Positions 6,854-16,653 of a stretch of 20,000 nucleotides of DNA are shown one piece after another. Both the position numbers and the translations under genes were made by a program. Under the pieces are notes generated by a model. That model had not been told where the DNA came from. It was given only the letters and a program-made list of their open reading frames with translations, and made no database searches. The DNA comes from an uncultured virus (IMG/VR IMGVR_UViG_2786546710_000002) (lineage: Duplodnaviria; Heunggongvirae; Uroviricota; Caudoviricetes). The first letter of the stretch is position 1; each line of letters starts with the position of its first letter. The stretch lies in the IMG/VR virus record IMGVR_UViG_2786546710_000002; one strand, written 5' to 3'.

Positions 6854-9800
6854 TAATACCTCGCTTTATTAAACTTTGATAATAATTTATATAGATCACT
6901 GTTTTCTCCAAANTTATTATTGGATGAAGATGAACCACTTCCTCCAATCTCTCCTCCAATAAGGTCTGCCCCNCCTTCGGAGAAAGGTCTAAAGCCACCA
7001 ACAACGGGCACTCTACGTAATAATGTTCTAGCAAAAATTCTTTCTTCTGCGTTTGATCCATCATCATCGCCAGTTAATTTTTCTGTAAGTAATTCTGAGC
7101 CACCTTTTAATGATAAGAAGGCATCTGTACCCGCACCAAATGAAGGACCAAGAACAGCACTAGCCGCTCTTAAAGCACCATAATGTTGGTTATCTGCTTG
7201 AGCGGCGGCATTAAAGAAAAACTCTGCAAGTAATCCNAAACCTCCCAATGCAATAATACCTTCAAGATATTGACCAAGATATCTATCAGCATCTATCCCT
7301 ACAAAATCTTCTATTTCTTCTTGATCAAATCCTGCTAAAGATAAAGACTTACCAAGAATAGTTTTAGAAAACTGACGATCTCTTAATTGTCTTGATTGAT
7401 CATCNTCACCACCTCTTGATTGTAAAAAATCTTTAGAAGCATTTGCTCCAAATCCCATACCCGCACCAACACTTAACAATGCTATTGCCGGTTTTGGATT
7501 TCCTTTAACAAGTTCNTGNCCTACATANTTAGTCATTCTACCCATCATTAATGGGAAAGATTTTAATTGAAAGATTGCCGCCCCTGATGGTGTTTGTGCC
7601 CANAATGGNATGTCNTTTGGATCAGGTGTAAATATAGTNTCNTTTACAAACCTCATAATAGCATAACGCATTTTGTCATCGCCTTGACTTTCAGCTAGAC
7701 CACCTATTTTTTTATCAATTCTGTTTGCGTATTCTCCAAGACCATATCTATCTAAAAATCTTTTAGCTGTTTTATATGCTTTAGTANTAGTTGTTCCTTC
7801 AGCTAAATGTCTTTGTGCAATATTAGCTTGTGATTTAAAACTTTCATATCCGACTATTGCAGATATCTCTCTGTTCATATTAGTCCAACTTGTTAAACCC
7901 GTTCCATAAAAGAAAGCGTGTTGGAATTTTTGTGATCCATCACCACTCATATGTGTCATTCTATCGTGCACTAAGTTTTCTACACCTACACCTATGTTTC
8001 TTGAAAACTCTCTATACTCAGGTTNGTTCATATATTTATACCAAGACTTTGCCCAACCACTAAAGTTACCACTTCTAATTAATGGTAAGGTTACATCAGG
8101 TAAAGATGTAAGAGTTGTCCAACCTAAAAGTGTTACTGCNTTGAAAGAACGTAAATTTTTACTAATTTTATTAGCCATTATATCATCACTTANTGGCTTC
8201 TTATCCAACACAAGTGTCATATTNCTAAAGAATTTTTCTGTATTTTCATTAACNCCTATAGGAAAATCTTTGAGAGCATTTACTACTGCATCAATTCTAT
8301 GTTCTAAATTACTTAACTGACCTCTAGTTAAATCTGTTGTATCTGCCATAGNNATTAATTCTCTTTTAGCTTGGTCTATGTAATTNTTTGNAGTTGNANT
8401 ATCTGCTTCAGCAAAATTTCTTTTCATTGTTTCAAGAATNTNTTCAAGCTCNTTACCANTTGNNGTCATCAATGGTGGAATTTGTAAATGAGAAACCTCN
8501 ATTGGTTCACTTGCTCCAGTCTTAGTACTATAAGACATTACTGGAGTAGATAAAATTCTTGAAGCTACTGCTGTGCCACCTTTTGCTGTTTGTATATAAG
8601 TATCTAAGCCGTGTGCGTTTGCACCAAANTCTTTTGCTAAAAGTTTTTTTCTAGTAGTTCTATCAAAGTATTTTGTAACAATACCTTCNAGATCGTTAAC
8701 CATAAATTGTTCAAACTCTGGAACATCATCAGGTTGTAAGTTAATAATTCTTTCATAGAATGGATCAGAAGATGCTCTAGTATATAAATCTTGGTCTACA
8801 TCTATACGTCCTTCTGTGTTAGTAATACGTTTCATTATTTTATCTGCTAATTCTTCTACTTGAATTAAATCAAATTGTTCTCCATTAGCTCTNTTATCTC
8901 TAATAATNTAATTTATTAGACTTTGTGAAAACTTAGCGGGGTTACTAGCAACTGCNTCAGCATCCCAAACTTGTGGTAAGTAGTATTTACTACCAGTACG
9001 TTTAGTAACATCACCAACACTTATTCCTAAATTGTGCATATCATCTAGTTCTTGTCTAAATGTTNTAATAAGTAATTCAGCAATAGCTTTTTCTTGACCA
9101 TTNANAGTTGAAATATCTTGTCTACGTATTGCACTTAATATTCTTTTNTGAGATTGAGGTTGTTGTACAATAGCATCTGGCACTCCTCTTCCTACACCGG
9201 GTANAACTTTAAAGAANGGTAGTGTTTTATTTAAATATCTTTTAATACCAGTTCTATTGTCATCTAGTTTTCTAAGCATTGTCATAATTGGTTGAACACT
9301 TTTAGCTAAATCCGCTGAGTGTTTTTGATATATNCCTGCTCCATTCTCAGGTTTAATTTTATTACCAAACCAATTAGCTCCAATACGTCTTGCGTGAACA
9401 GAATTNTCTCTTATAAAATTACCNCCAGTATGTTGTTGAATTGTTTTTATTTCGTCTGGACCCAGTGGTTTTTGATCCATCATTTTTTTCATTACTCTTT
9501 GATATGAAGGAGGAACTTCAAATTCTGTTTCTCCTTTACTACCAATGTATACATAATCAGATGGTTTCATAGTNTTACCCTTTTGAACCATCTCATTTAA
9601 TATAGAACCATTTAAACTATTAAAACCATTATCTTGTGCAGAATAAAACATCCCGTCTACTTCTCCATCAAAGTGATCAGCATCAACGTGTTTCATNTTT
9701 TTATTATCAAAGATAACAATTCCATCTATGTATTGTGNNTATCTTTGTGGATGTAATTCAGATACTAAAAATCCNTCATATCCCATTTCTTNAAAAGCAC

Positions 9801-12800
9801 CGGTTAATATATCTTTAGCTTCTTTTTCACTTCTNCCACCGGCTTCTAATGCTCCTACCATNTCAAGCCATAAATCTTCTCCAGTAAACTCTTCNCCCAT
9901 ATGTTGTAAGTTGTTTATTAATACTCTTGNTGTNNNAGGNTCAAAAACATTTAGTGCAGACATTTTAANAAAAATATCTTTAACATCATTTTTCATACCA
10001 GAATTTAGTGAGTAATAATCNTCAGTTTTAAATGAAAACATATTGTCTGCTTTNACAAACATAGGTAAAACTTTTGGATATANAGTTGCACCCGTAGTTT
10101 TATTTAATAAATTGTAAAGAATTTTTTCTTGATTTGCTAATTCTTTAATTCTATCGCTATCTCTTACAAAAGTATTAGCAGGATCATTATCTAATGGATC
10201 AATAACTCCTTTTCTTATATCTTCTGCTCTTTGCATAGTAGAGCCGTGTAATGAACGTGCATCCATATCAGTAACTATTTCATCTATTTCATTACGTATT
10301 TGAACTATTTTCTCTGCAATCTCATCACCTTCTAAAAGTGCACGTGGGTTATCTGTTGCATTTCTAACCATTGCTTTTAATGATAGTAAATGTGCTGTTT
10401 CAGAATATACATTTGCACTTGGTGCGTCTTTTGTTAAGTAAACACCTTTACCAAACAATCCGTCTTCTGAAGCATTGAGTTTTACATCAGGATTTTCGTG
10501 TTTATTAAATGCCATACCATTTGGTGTGCCGTGATAATAAACATAATCTATTAGATTATCTGCTTCTCTAGCATTTAAAAATGTTCGGACAGCAATATCT
10601 TTACCTTCATCATAACTATTAATAGCTTCACGTGCATATCTTGGTGCTAAGTTCTCATCTACAGCATATGAATTAGTAGCATCTAAACCACTTTTTAATG
10701 GTGAATTCTTTTGTTTTCTGTTTTGAAATAAATCTCCACCAAATGTAAGGTATCTGTATTGTTGTCTAATAGACTTACTTCCTATCAATCCGTTTAATAG
10801 ATACATTGCATATTCGATAACTTCATCAAGCATACCGTGAAGTCTACCTTTAAGAGTTATGTTTCCATAAACATCTTGTTTGGCTATTCTATTTCCAAGA
10901 TATTGAACCCAACCATCAACAAACCATTCTTCAGCTATTCTAGCTTCTATAGTTTGCTCATCTAATCCGTGTTCTTTTTTATAAAGTTTTCTATAAATAT
11001 CATTCTGCTTTACAGCATTTGGCTCTTGTTTTTGTAGTGCTTCTCTAAACGCAAGTAACATATCTCCTTTTTTGTTATTATCGAAACTACCATTTATTAG
11101 TAAATGACCAACTTCGTGTATTGCTGTATAGTCTGCATTCGGTGCACCTCCACGTATTCCTATAAATGAAGCACCCGCATCACCTGATTTTAAAGCTATG
11201 CCTAATTTTCTAGCAGTTTTTCTAATATAGTTTAGTTCTGGTCCATCATTAACGTGCCTAAATGCACCTGATGCTGTGGCATCAGTCTTCATATGAGGCA
11301 TTAATCTTGATATATCGTCTATGCTTAAAAAATTAGCATCGTCTAAAGATTTTCTTCTTGTTTTGCCTAGTAAATTTACAAGTCTATAGACAAGTGTTCT
11401 AGCTGTATCTTCTACTACTGGATCACGATGTGTAACTTTTCGTAACAATTCTTTAACGTAGACGGGAGCTTTAGCGGGTATTCCATTTTCTCCACTAACA
11501 CCTCTAGTCTGTGCTGTTTCTACATCTATAAGTTTATTTACTTCAGAAGACTTAATACTTAGTTTCGGGTCTGCTCCATATATTTCTCTTAAATACACAG
11601 CGGCATTTAACATACCTTCGTCATTACCCAAGTTTTTAGCTTCGTAAATAGACCTAATTAAGTCGTCTACGGTTTCTGCGGGTTTACCTCTAAAGGTTGG
11701 TTGTGATAAATCTAAAGCAACATCTCCTTTAAAGTCTCTAATTTCAGGAACGGTATTCATTTTTTGTTTAAAAATACGTGCCATATCTTTTAGACGAGAG
11801 CTTGGTGTACCTTTAATAGATTTCATTTCTACCAAAAGTTCATTTAAACTCATTTCATTTGGAGATTTAACCACTTTATCTAGAGCATCTCCCGCCTCTG
11901 TTTCTGCTTTTAAAATATTTGGTAGATCATCTTCTATATCTTGAGCTATTTTAACAAATTGTTGTGCACCTATTGTTTGTTCTCTGTGGAATTTTTTACC
12001 TACACGTTGTTTGTGCATTCTAGCTTTTAGGTTTTGACCACCAACTTGTAAGTTAGCTTTATTATTACTAGTAAGTTGTATTGAAACATTTCTACCTTTT
12101 TCAAACTCAGGAAGTTTTTTACTGAGTTTTACTCTTAGTCTTTTATCAAGTTCATTAAGAACATTTAAACTATCCATTACTTGTACAACTAATTTCTCTC
12201 TTAGGTCTGCATCATCTGGTGCAAGTCTGTATAGGTTTCCTGCTTCGTCAGTGTTTTCACTTATACCAGTACGTTGTAAAGTTATATCTCCAACTTCATC
12301 GTTTAATATTTTATTAGCCTGATCTTCTAACTCATCAGCAGACATTTTTTCTAATGCTTTATTCCATTTGTTTTCAAATGTTTTTCTAGTTCCTGCCATA
12401 CGTTCTAAATCTGCCGCATCTAAAGGTACAAATTTTCCTGCTTGATCAGGAAATTCTTTTTGCAATGTTCTAATATTTGTCATTGTTGATTTTACTTTAA
12501 GAAGCACAGCAAAGTTTTGTCTACCAGTTGGTGTAGTTGGTAGACCTCTATGATCTTGTTGATTTTCTGGTGTGTCTAAAAATCTAAGTCTTGCTTTACG
12601 ATCTTTTGCACCACGTAGTTTATAAAACTTTTTATTTTGTTCTCCATTAAAAGCTAACACAGCAGACATAAAACTTGGATGCTCAAAGTTCGTATCTCCA
12701 GTAACATTTCTACCACCTAAAGCGGCTCTCATTTGGTCTACGTCACCGCTGTCCAAAGCTTTTATAAGTCCTATTCTTGTTTGATCAAACTCCATAAGTT

Positions 12801-15800
12801 TTTGTAAGATAAACCTATCACCTCTTGGTAAGGCATCCATCTTTTTATAAAGCTCATTATATCTATTGACTGGATGTTCATCTGGAAACACTCTTTGAAA
12901 TATTGGAATTAAATCAGGCTCTATAGTTGCATCAGTAACAGCACGTCTTACATCTGAACTTCCTATACCTAATTTTTCAGAAACTACTCTTTGTATATGT
13001 TTAGCTATTTTTTTCCATAAAGCTAATACTTCTTGAGCTAAACCCGCTTTGTTGTTTGCTAAAGCATATTGAGTAAATTGTTGTGCAAAAAATTCTTGTG
13101 GACTTCTTAATTCATTTTCAAATTGTCCCGGTAATCTTTTCTTTAATTCTTCAAAGTCAACTCCTCGATCTCCTATATATTTACCCATAGTTCTCCAAAA
13201 AGATTTTTTGTCTTGTGGTGTTAAAACATTTGCATAAGACCAATGTCCTATTTCGTGAATAGTTTTTACAAACTCAGGAGAACCTTGACCGGCTATATCT
13301 CTAGTAATATCAAGACCAATTCTATTTGCATATTGGTCTGCGTAAGCACCTTGTCTTTTGTATATGTTTACAGCTATGTCATCTCTACCAGTTTGAGCCA
13401 TAGAGAATTGTGGTAGTCTACTATCTGATCCTGCAATATTATGTAAAACATTTAAAACTGCATTTATCTCACCTTGAGAAACATTTTTCTTTCTCATTAT
13501 TCCTTGTAGTTGTGCCATAGATGCAATTCTTCTGGCATTAGGAAACTTAATTCCGTGAGGTGCTTTTTGTTCTACTACATCATAAAGAAGCTCCATCTCT
13601 TTCATAAACTTTTGATATTCAGCTATGTTTGAAAAAGCTTTAGCTGTCCAAGGTGTGTTTTCTTTTAGTTCAATTTCATCCACAAGTTTTGCTAATGTAG
13701 TTATTCTTGCAAAATCAGGATTATCATTAAAGTCTGATGGTGATAGCCTGACCTTTTGTGCATCTTTGATGGTCATAGGCATAAATTTGCTTTCAACAAT
13801 TTCTTTATCTAAATTATTTCCTGCATCTACATCTGTACTTTTTTGTGTATACGCCGCTACATTATCATCGTCTACGGCTCTAAATGTTCTCTTTGCTTTA
13901 GCTCCTTTAAGCTTACTATCAACGTGACCAATAATAAATAACTCGTCTATTTGTGTTCCTAATATATCTGATATTTTTTTAGCTGATTGAGCATTACTTG
14001 GTATTCTTACAGAACTATCAATATTGTCAGAAAATTTACCACTTACTAATTGTATTGCAAGTTTACGTCCAGTTGGAACTTGTATATCAGATACAACTTG
14101 ATTTACGTTTGGGTTTTTGTGTTCAACAATATCTGTTGCAGTATCATCTACTGGTGCATCATCAGCTTCAAGTTTAGCATTTTGATATGTAGTAGTATTT
14201 GAAGCATCTGTTTCAATATACTCTAAACCATCATCAGGATCAGTATGTTTTGATTTTTTTAATAAGCCATCGTTGTAAGCATTTTCAATACGTGTGCCTA
14301 ATAATTTAGGTAATGTTTCTTGAGCTATTTTTGCAGAAGCAAAGTCAACGTCTGCTACATCATATATATGTGCAGAAGTTCTGCCATCTTTGAATTGCTT
14401 CATTACACCAACCTTTTCTCCAAGGAAGGTTATATCTGTTACACTTTGTGGATTGTCTGCATAATCTCCTGCATTAACTTTTCTTGTTTTATATTGAAGA
14501 TGATTATTTAAATCTATTTCAATACCTTTGTAATTATATACTTTGATAGGAAACTTACCTACTGGTTTAGTGTTAGGAGCATTATTTCCTTTCTCCATTG
14601 TTCTTTTAAATTGTTTTTGAGCATAAGCTAGTCTTTGTTCGTATTCTATTTCAGATATAATTCCATCTTTAAACTCTTCACGAGCATTATCCATATCTCT
14701 TTTTAATTTATTTTTATAAGCTTCTTTTCTAGAAAGCTTACTAGCTAAAGCATTACTTGCTTCAACATCATCTTTGTCTACTGGCTTACCACTATATCCT
14801 TCAGCAGTTTCATTTATATCACCACCTTTTTGGCTAATACCTTTTGCATCTGCAAGTTTAGATACTGTTAATGTATTTACATTTTCTTTTGATCCATCAT
14901 CAGGAAGTTGTTTTCTAACTTTTGCAATCTCAGCTTTTAAAAGGTTTCTTTGTTGTTTTAAATTTTCAATCTGTGTTTTTTGATATCCTTCTGGAACTGA
15001 TCCGTCTTTTGGATTTTCCAAATCTTGAATACGTCTAGACATTTCTTTTCGTTGATTGACTAAGTCTTCGTATCTTCTTCGTGGAGTTGTTTTATCTCTT
15101 ACAATATCATCTGATGCTAATTGTTTAGCAGTCGAGTGAGTTTGAGTTCTTCTATATAAACGAATGTCTGCTAGTAAATCACCAAAAGTTTCACCAACAT
15201 ATTCGTTGTTTACATTCTTTTCTAACTTACCAGTGTCTCTATTAAAGAATACAGTTTTATCTGAGGGAATATCATCACGACTAAAATAAACTCTGTGAGT
15301 TGCCGCATCATAAAAACCTTCTTGACCTTTAATAAATGCTTTTGTATTTGCACGAGTTTCAGTTTCAATTCCTGCTTCAACTCTTTGTTTAAAATATTTC
15401 TGACCATTAATTTCTACCAGTCCTAAAGTTCCGGGTATCATATTTTCTCTTTGATCAAACCCTTGCGGTATTTTTTTTCTACCATCAGCAAGACCAATCT
15501 TTTTTAATTCTTCTGCTTTAGCTAATCTAAACATCCAAAACTTACGGGGAGTTCTAGTTTGACTTAAAGGGTCTTTTCTACCAGTTGTTACATCTGGAAT
15601 TATATCACCTCCAGAACTATTATTAGGGTATTTAGAACGTACCTCACTTGGATCACCATATACAACTTGGTTTACACCAGTACGCTCATCAAAGCTTGTT
15701 CTTGTCGTAGACATACCAGTTAAGTTATTTAATTTTGTTCTTAACTCTTGTGATAGTTTTTCATCAACAACAATATCTTCACCTTTAACACCAGTTTCCT

Positions 15801-15906
15801 TTGCTTCTTTTCTCATTTGCTTTCTAACAATTGAGCCAATCTCATCTAGTGTCCCTACAACTTCAGCGTTCTCTCCTCTTATTTCAACTGCTTCATTTTT
15901 CTTTTT
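6853..15906 (-). CDS. Giant polyvalent / internal virion (ejection-type) protein with two zincin-like HExxH domains and an ART-PolyVal-like ADP-ribosyltransferase domain; native N-terminus probably not present
   Basis: About 3,016 uninterrupted codons. HEIGH lies at 13243-13257 with a downstream EFFA, and HEVGH at 11104-11118 with a downstream EEWF. YYHGT (10525-10539)...GLFGKGVYLT...A..YS...GY.G...IVIFD matches the ART pattern. The C-terminal helical region with P.WAQTP.G..IFQLKSFP and hydrophobic Gly-rich stretches resembles podovirus ejection proteins. Confidence 0.75.
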   Translation of the reverse strand, partial: KKKNEAVEIRGENAEVVGTLDEIGSIVRKQMRKEAKETGVKGEDIVVDEKLSQELRTKLNNLTGMSTTRTSFDERTGVNQVVYGDPSEVRSKYPNNSSGGDIIPDVTTGRKDPLSQTRTPRKFWMFRLAKAEELKKIGLADGRKKIPQGFDQRENMIPGTLGLVEINGQKYFKQRVEAGIETETRANTKAFIKGQEGFYDAATHRVYFSRDDIPSDKTVFFNRDTGKLEKNVNNEYVGETFGDLLADIRLYRRTQTHSTAKQLASDDIVRDKTTPRRRYEDLVNQRKEMSRRIQDLENPKDGSVPEGYQKTQIENLKQQRNLLKAEIAKVRKQLPDDGSKENVNTLTVSKLADAKGISQKGGDINETAEGYSGKPVDKDDVEASNALASKLSRKEAYKNKLKRDMDNAREEFKDGIISEIEYEQRLAYAQKQFKRTMEKGNNAPNTKPVGKFPIKVYNYKGIEIDLNNHLQYKTRKVNAGDYADNPQSVTDITFLGEKVGVMKQFKDGRTSAHIYDVADVDFASAKIAQETLPKLLGTRIENAYNDGLLKKSKHTDPDDGLEYIETDASNTTTYQNAKLEADDAPVDDTATDIVEHKNPNVNQVVSDIQVPTGRKLAIQLVSGKFSDNIDSSVRIPSNAQSAKKISDILGTQIDELFIIGHVDSKLKGAKAKRTFRAVDDDNVAAYTQKSTDVDAGNNLDKEIVESKFMPMTIKDAQKVRLSPSDFNDNPDFARITTLAKLVDEIELKENTPWTAKAFSNIAEYQKFMKEMELLYDVVEQKAPHGIKFPNARRIASMAQLQGIMRKKNVSQGEINAVLNVLHNIAGSDSRLPQFSMAQTGRDDIAVNIYKRQGAYADQYANRIGLDITRDIAGQGSPEFVKTIHEIGHWSYANVLTPQDKKSFWRTMGKYIGDRGVDFEELKKRLPGQFENELRSPQEFFAQQFTQYALANNKAGLAQEVLALWKKIAKHIQRVVSEKLGIGSSDVRRAVTDATIEPDLIPIFQRVFPDEHPVNRYNELYKKMDALPRGDRFILQKLMEFDQTRIGLIKALDSGDVDQMRAALGGRNVTGDTNFEHPSFMSAVLAFNGEQNKKFYKLRGAKDRKARLRFLDTPENQQDHRGLPTTPTGRQNFAVLLKVKSTMTNIRTLQKEFPDQAGKFVPLDAADLERMAGTRKTFENKWNKALEKMSADELEDQANKILNDEVGDITLQRTGISENTDEAGNLYRLAPDDADLREKLVVQVMDSLNVLNELDKRLRVKLSKKLPEFEKGRNVSIQLTSNNKANLQVGGQNLKARMHKQRVGKKFHREQTIGAQQFVKIAQDIEDDLPNILKAETEAGDALDKVVKSPNEMSLNELLVEMKSIKGTPSSRLKDMARIFKQKMNTVPEIRDFKGDVALDLSQPTFRGKPAETVDDLIRSIYEAKNLGNDEGMLNAAVYLREIYGADPKLSIKSSEVNKLIDVETAQTRGVSGENGIPAKAPVYVKELLRKVTHRDPVVEDTARTLVYRLVNLLGKTRRKSLDDANFLSIDDISRLMPHMKTDATASGAFRHVNDGPELNYIRKTARKLGIALKSGDAGASFIGIRGGAPNADYTAIHEVGHLLINGSFDNNKKGDMLLAFREALQKQEPNAVKQNDIYRKLYKKEHGLDEQTIEARIAEEWFVDGWVQYLGNRIAKQDVYGNITLKGRLHGMLDEVIEYAMYLLNGLIGSKSIRQQYRYLTFGGDLFQNRKQKNSPLKSGLDATNSYAVDENLAPRYAREAINSYDEGKDIAVRTFLNAREADNLIDYVYYHGTPNGMAFNKHENPDVKLNASEDGLFGKGVYLTKDAPSANVYSETAHLLSLKAMVRNATDNPRALLEGDEIAEKIVQIRNEIDEIVTDMDARSLHGSTMQRAEDIRKGVIDPLDNDPANTFVRDSDRIKELANQEKILYNLLNKTTGATXYPKVLPMFXKADNMFSFKTXDYYSLNSGMKNDVKDIFXKMSALNVFXPXTXRVLINNLQHMXEEFTGEDLWLXMVGALEAGXRSEKEAKDILTGAFXEMGYXGFLVSELHPQRXXQYIDGIVIFDNKXMKHVDADHFDGEVDGMFYSAQDNGFNSLNGSILNEMVQKGXTMKPSDYVYIGSKGETEFEVPPSYQRVMKKMMDQKPLGPDEIKTIQQHTXGNFIRXNSVHARRIGANWFGNKIKPENGAXIYQKHSADLAKSVQPIMTMLRKLDDNRTGIKRYLNKTLXFFKVXPGVGRGVPDAIVQQPQSXKRILSAIRRQDISTXNGQEKAIAELLIXTFRQELDDMHNLGISVGDVTKRTGSKYYLPQVWDAXAVASNPAKFSQSLINXIIRDXRANGEQFDLIQVEELADKIMKRITNTEGRIDVDQDLYTRASSDPFYERIINLQPDDVPEFEQFMVNDXEGIVTKYFDRTTRKKLLAKXFGANAHGLDTYIQTAKGGTAVASRILSTPVMSYSTKTGASEPXEVSHLQIPPLMXXXGXELEXILETMKRNFAEADXXTXXNYIDQAKRELXXMADTTDLTRGQLSNLEHRIDAVVNALKDFPIXVNENTEKFFXNMTLVLDKKPXSDDIMANKISKNLRSFXAVTLLGWTTLTSLPDVTLPLIRSGNFSGWAKSWYKYMNXPEYREFSRNIGVGVENLVHDRMTHMSGDGSQKFQHAFFYGTGLTSWTNMNREISAIVGYESFKSQANIAQRHLAEGTTXTKAYKTAKRFLDRYGLGEYANRIDKKIGGLAESQGDDKMRYAIMRFVXXTIFTPDPXDXPXWAQTPSGAAIFQLKSFPLMMGRMTXYVXXELVKGNPKPAIALLSVGAGMGFGANASKDFLQSRGGXDDQSRQLRDRQFSKTILGKSLSLAGFDQEEIEDFVGIDADRYLGQYLEGIIALGGXGLLAEFFFNAAAQADNQHYGALRAASAVLGPSFGAGTDAFLSLKGGSELLTEKLTGDDDGSNAEERIFARTLLRRVPVVGGFRPFSEXGADLIGGEIGGSGSSSSNNXFGENSDLYKLLSKFNKARY

Positions 15907-16377
15907 AGTTACAGCACCATTCTCATCTGTAATTGTCAATGTTATATTACCTGTTGTAGTATCTTTAACCCAATACAATGTTGATCCTTCAACATCTGCT
16001 GTACCACTTGTAGCACAGGTTGTTGTTTCACTATCGCAAGAAACACCAAACATATTATCAACTAACTGTTTTGATAAGTTAGCATATATTCTACTCTCAA
16101 CATTCTTAACGAACTTGGCGATTGTAGTATTGTTTAATTCACGCTTCGCTGCTGAAGCAGCAGATTTAGCGTCATCTTCAGCATCTTTTTTTCTTTGATG
16201 TTGTAATTGATCTACACTTAGAACATGGGTACCATACCCATTACCACTAAATGCTGGATTACTAAATTGAAAATCCAGTTCAGACGCTTGTACATATTTT
16301 ATTGTGTTATCAAATGCCCACCCTAAAATCCATAACAACACAGCACAGAATAACACTACTTTAATTAGTGTTTTCAT
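15907..16377 (-). CDS. csgF: Curli assembly CsgF-like protein, apparently missing its last residues and continuing in frame into the giant ORF
   Basis: Hydrophobic signal ending VQA, then SELDFQFSNPAFSGNG (CsgF N-terminal L...F.NP.F.G motif), F..NVESRIYANLSKQLVDNMFG, G.....G and ITLTITDENGAVT. A TATAAATA lies directly upstream. Confidence 0.75.
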
Positions 16378-16382
16378 ACTAC

Positions 16383-16390
16383 TATTTATA
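16383..16390 (-). promoter_or_regulatory. T4-type late promoter (TATAAATA) for the csgF-like gene
   Basis: Exact TATAAATA in the intergenic gap, 5 nt before the ATG. Confidence 0.8.
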
Positions 16391-16395
16391 ATAGA

Positions 16396-16653
16396 TTATT
16401 TTCTGTGGGACTTCTTTTTCTCTAAATTTTCTTTAAGTTCGATTGCAGTTTTGACTTTTGCTTTTAATCTTATGATATCATTATCTAACATACGAATACG
16501 ATCAATGAGAGCAATTAGAACTGTGCTTGCTTGACCTAATTTAACTTTAATTTCTGTTGTAATAAAAGTGTATATAAAATATATGAAGTATGCCATGGCC
16601 ACAGCAGCGAACATAGGAAATCCATAGTCTTGTAATATACCAACTAGGTCCAT
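16396..16653 (-). CDS. Small membrane protein (TM plus coiled coil), paralog 2
   Basis: YGFP..AAVAMAYFIYFIY TM segment and RIRMLDNDIIRL; TAATG coupling with the upstream paralog. Confidence 0.8.
   Translation of the reverse strand: MDLVGILQDYGFPMFAAVAMAYFIYFIYTFITTEIKVKLGQASTVLIALIDRIRMLDNDIIRLKAKVKTAIELKENLEKKKSHRK

Noticed and set aside
6816..15407. Short ORFs antisense to or out of frame within the giant gene (6816-7067, 6920-7183, 7994-8320, 9319-9507, 9728-10015, 13625-13927, 14320-14511, 14774-14983, 15222-15407)
   Set aside because: They are shadow ORFs overlapping a long coding frame, with Ser/Phe/Leu-biased composition and no recognisable motifs.
16304..16534. Plus-strand 76-aa hydrophobic ORF
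   Set aside because: It is antisense to the csgF-like gene and a membrane paralog and spans a late promoter.
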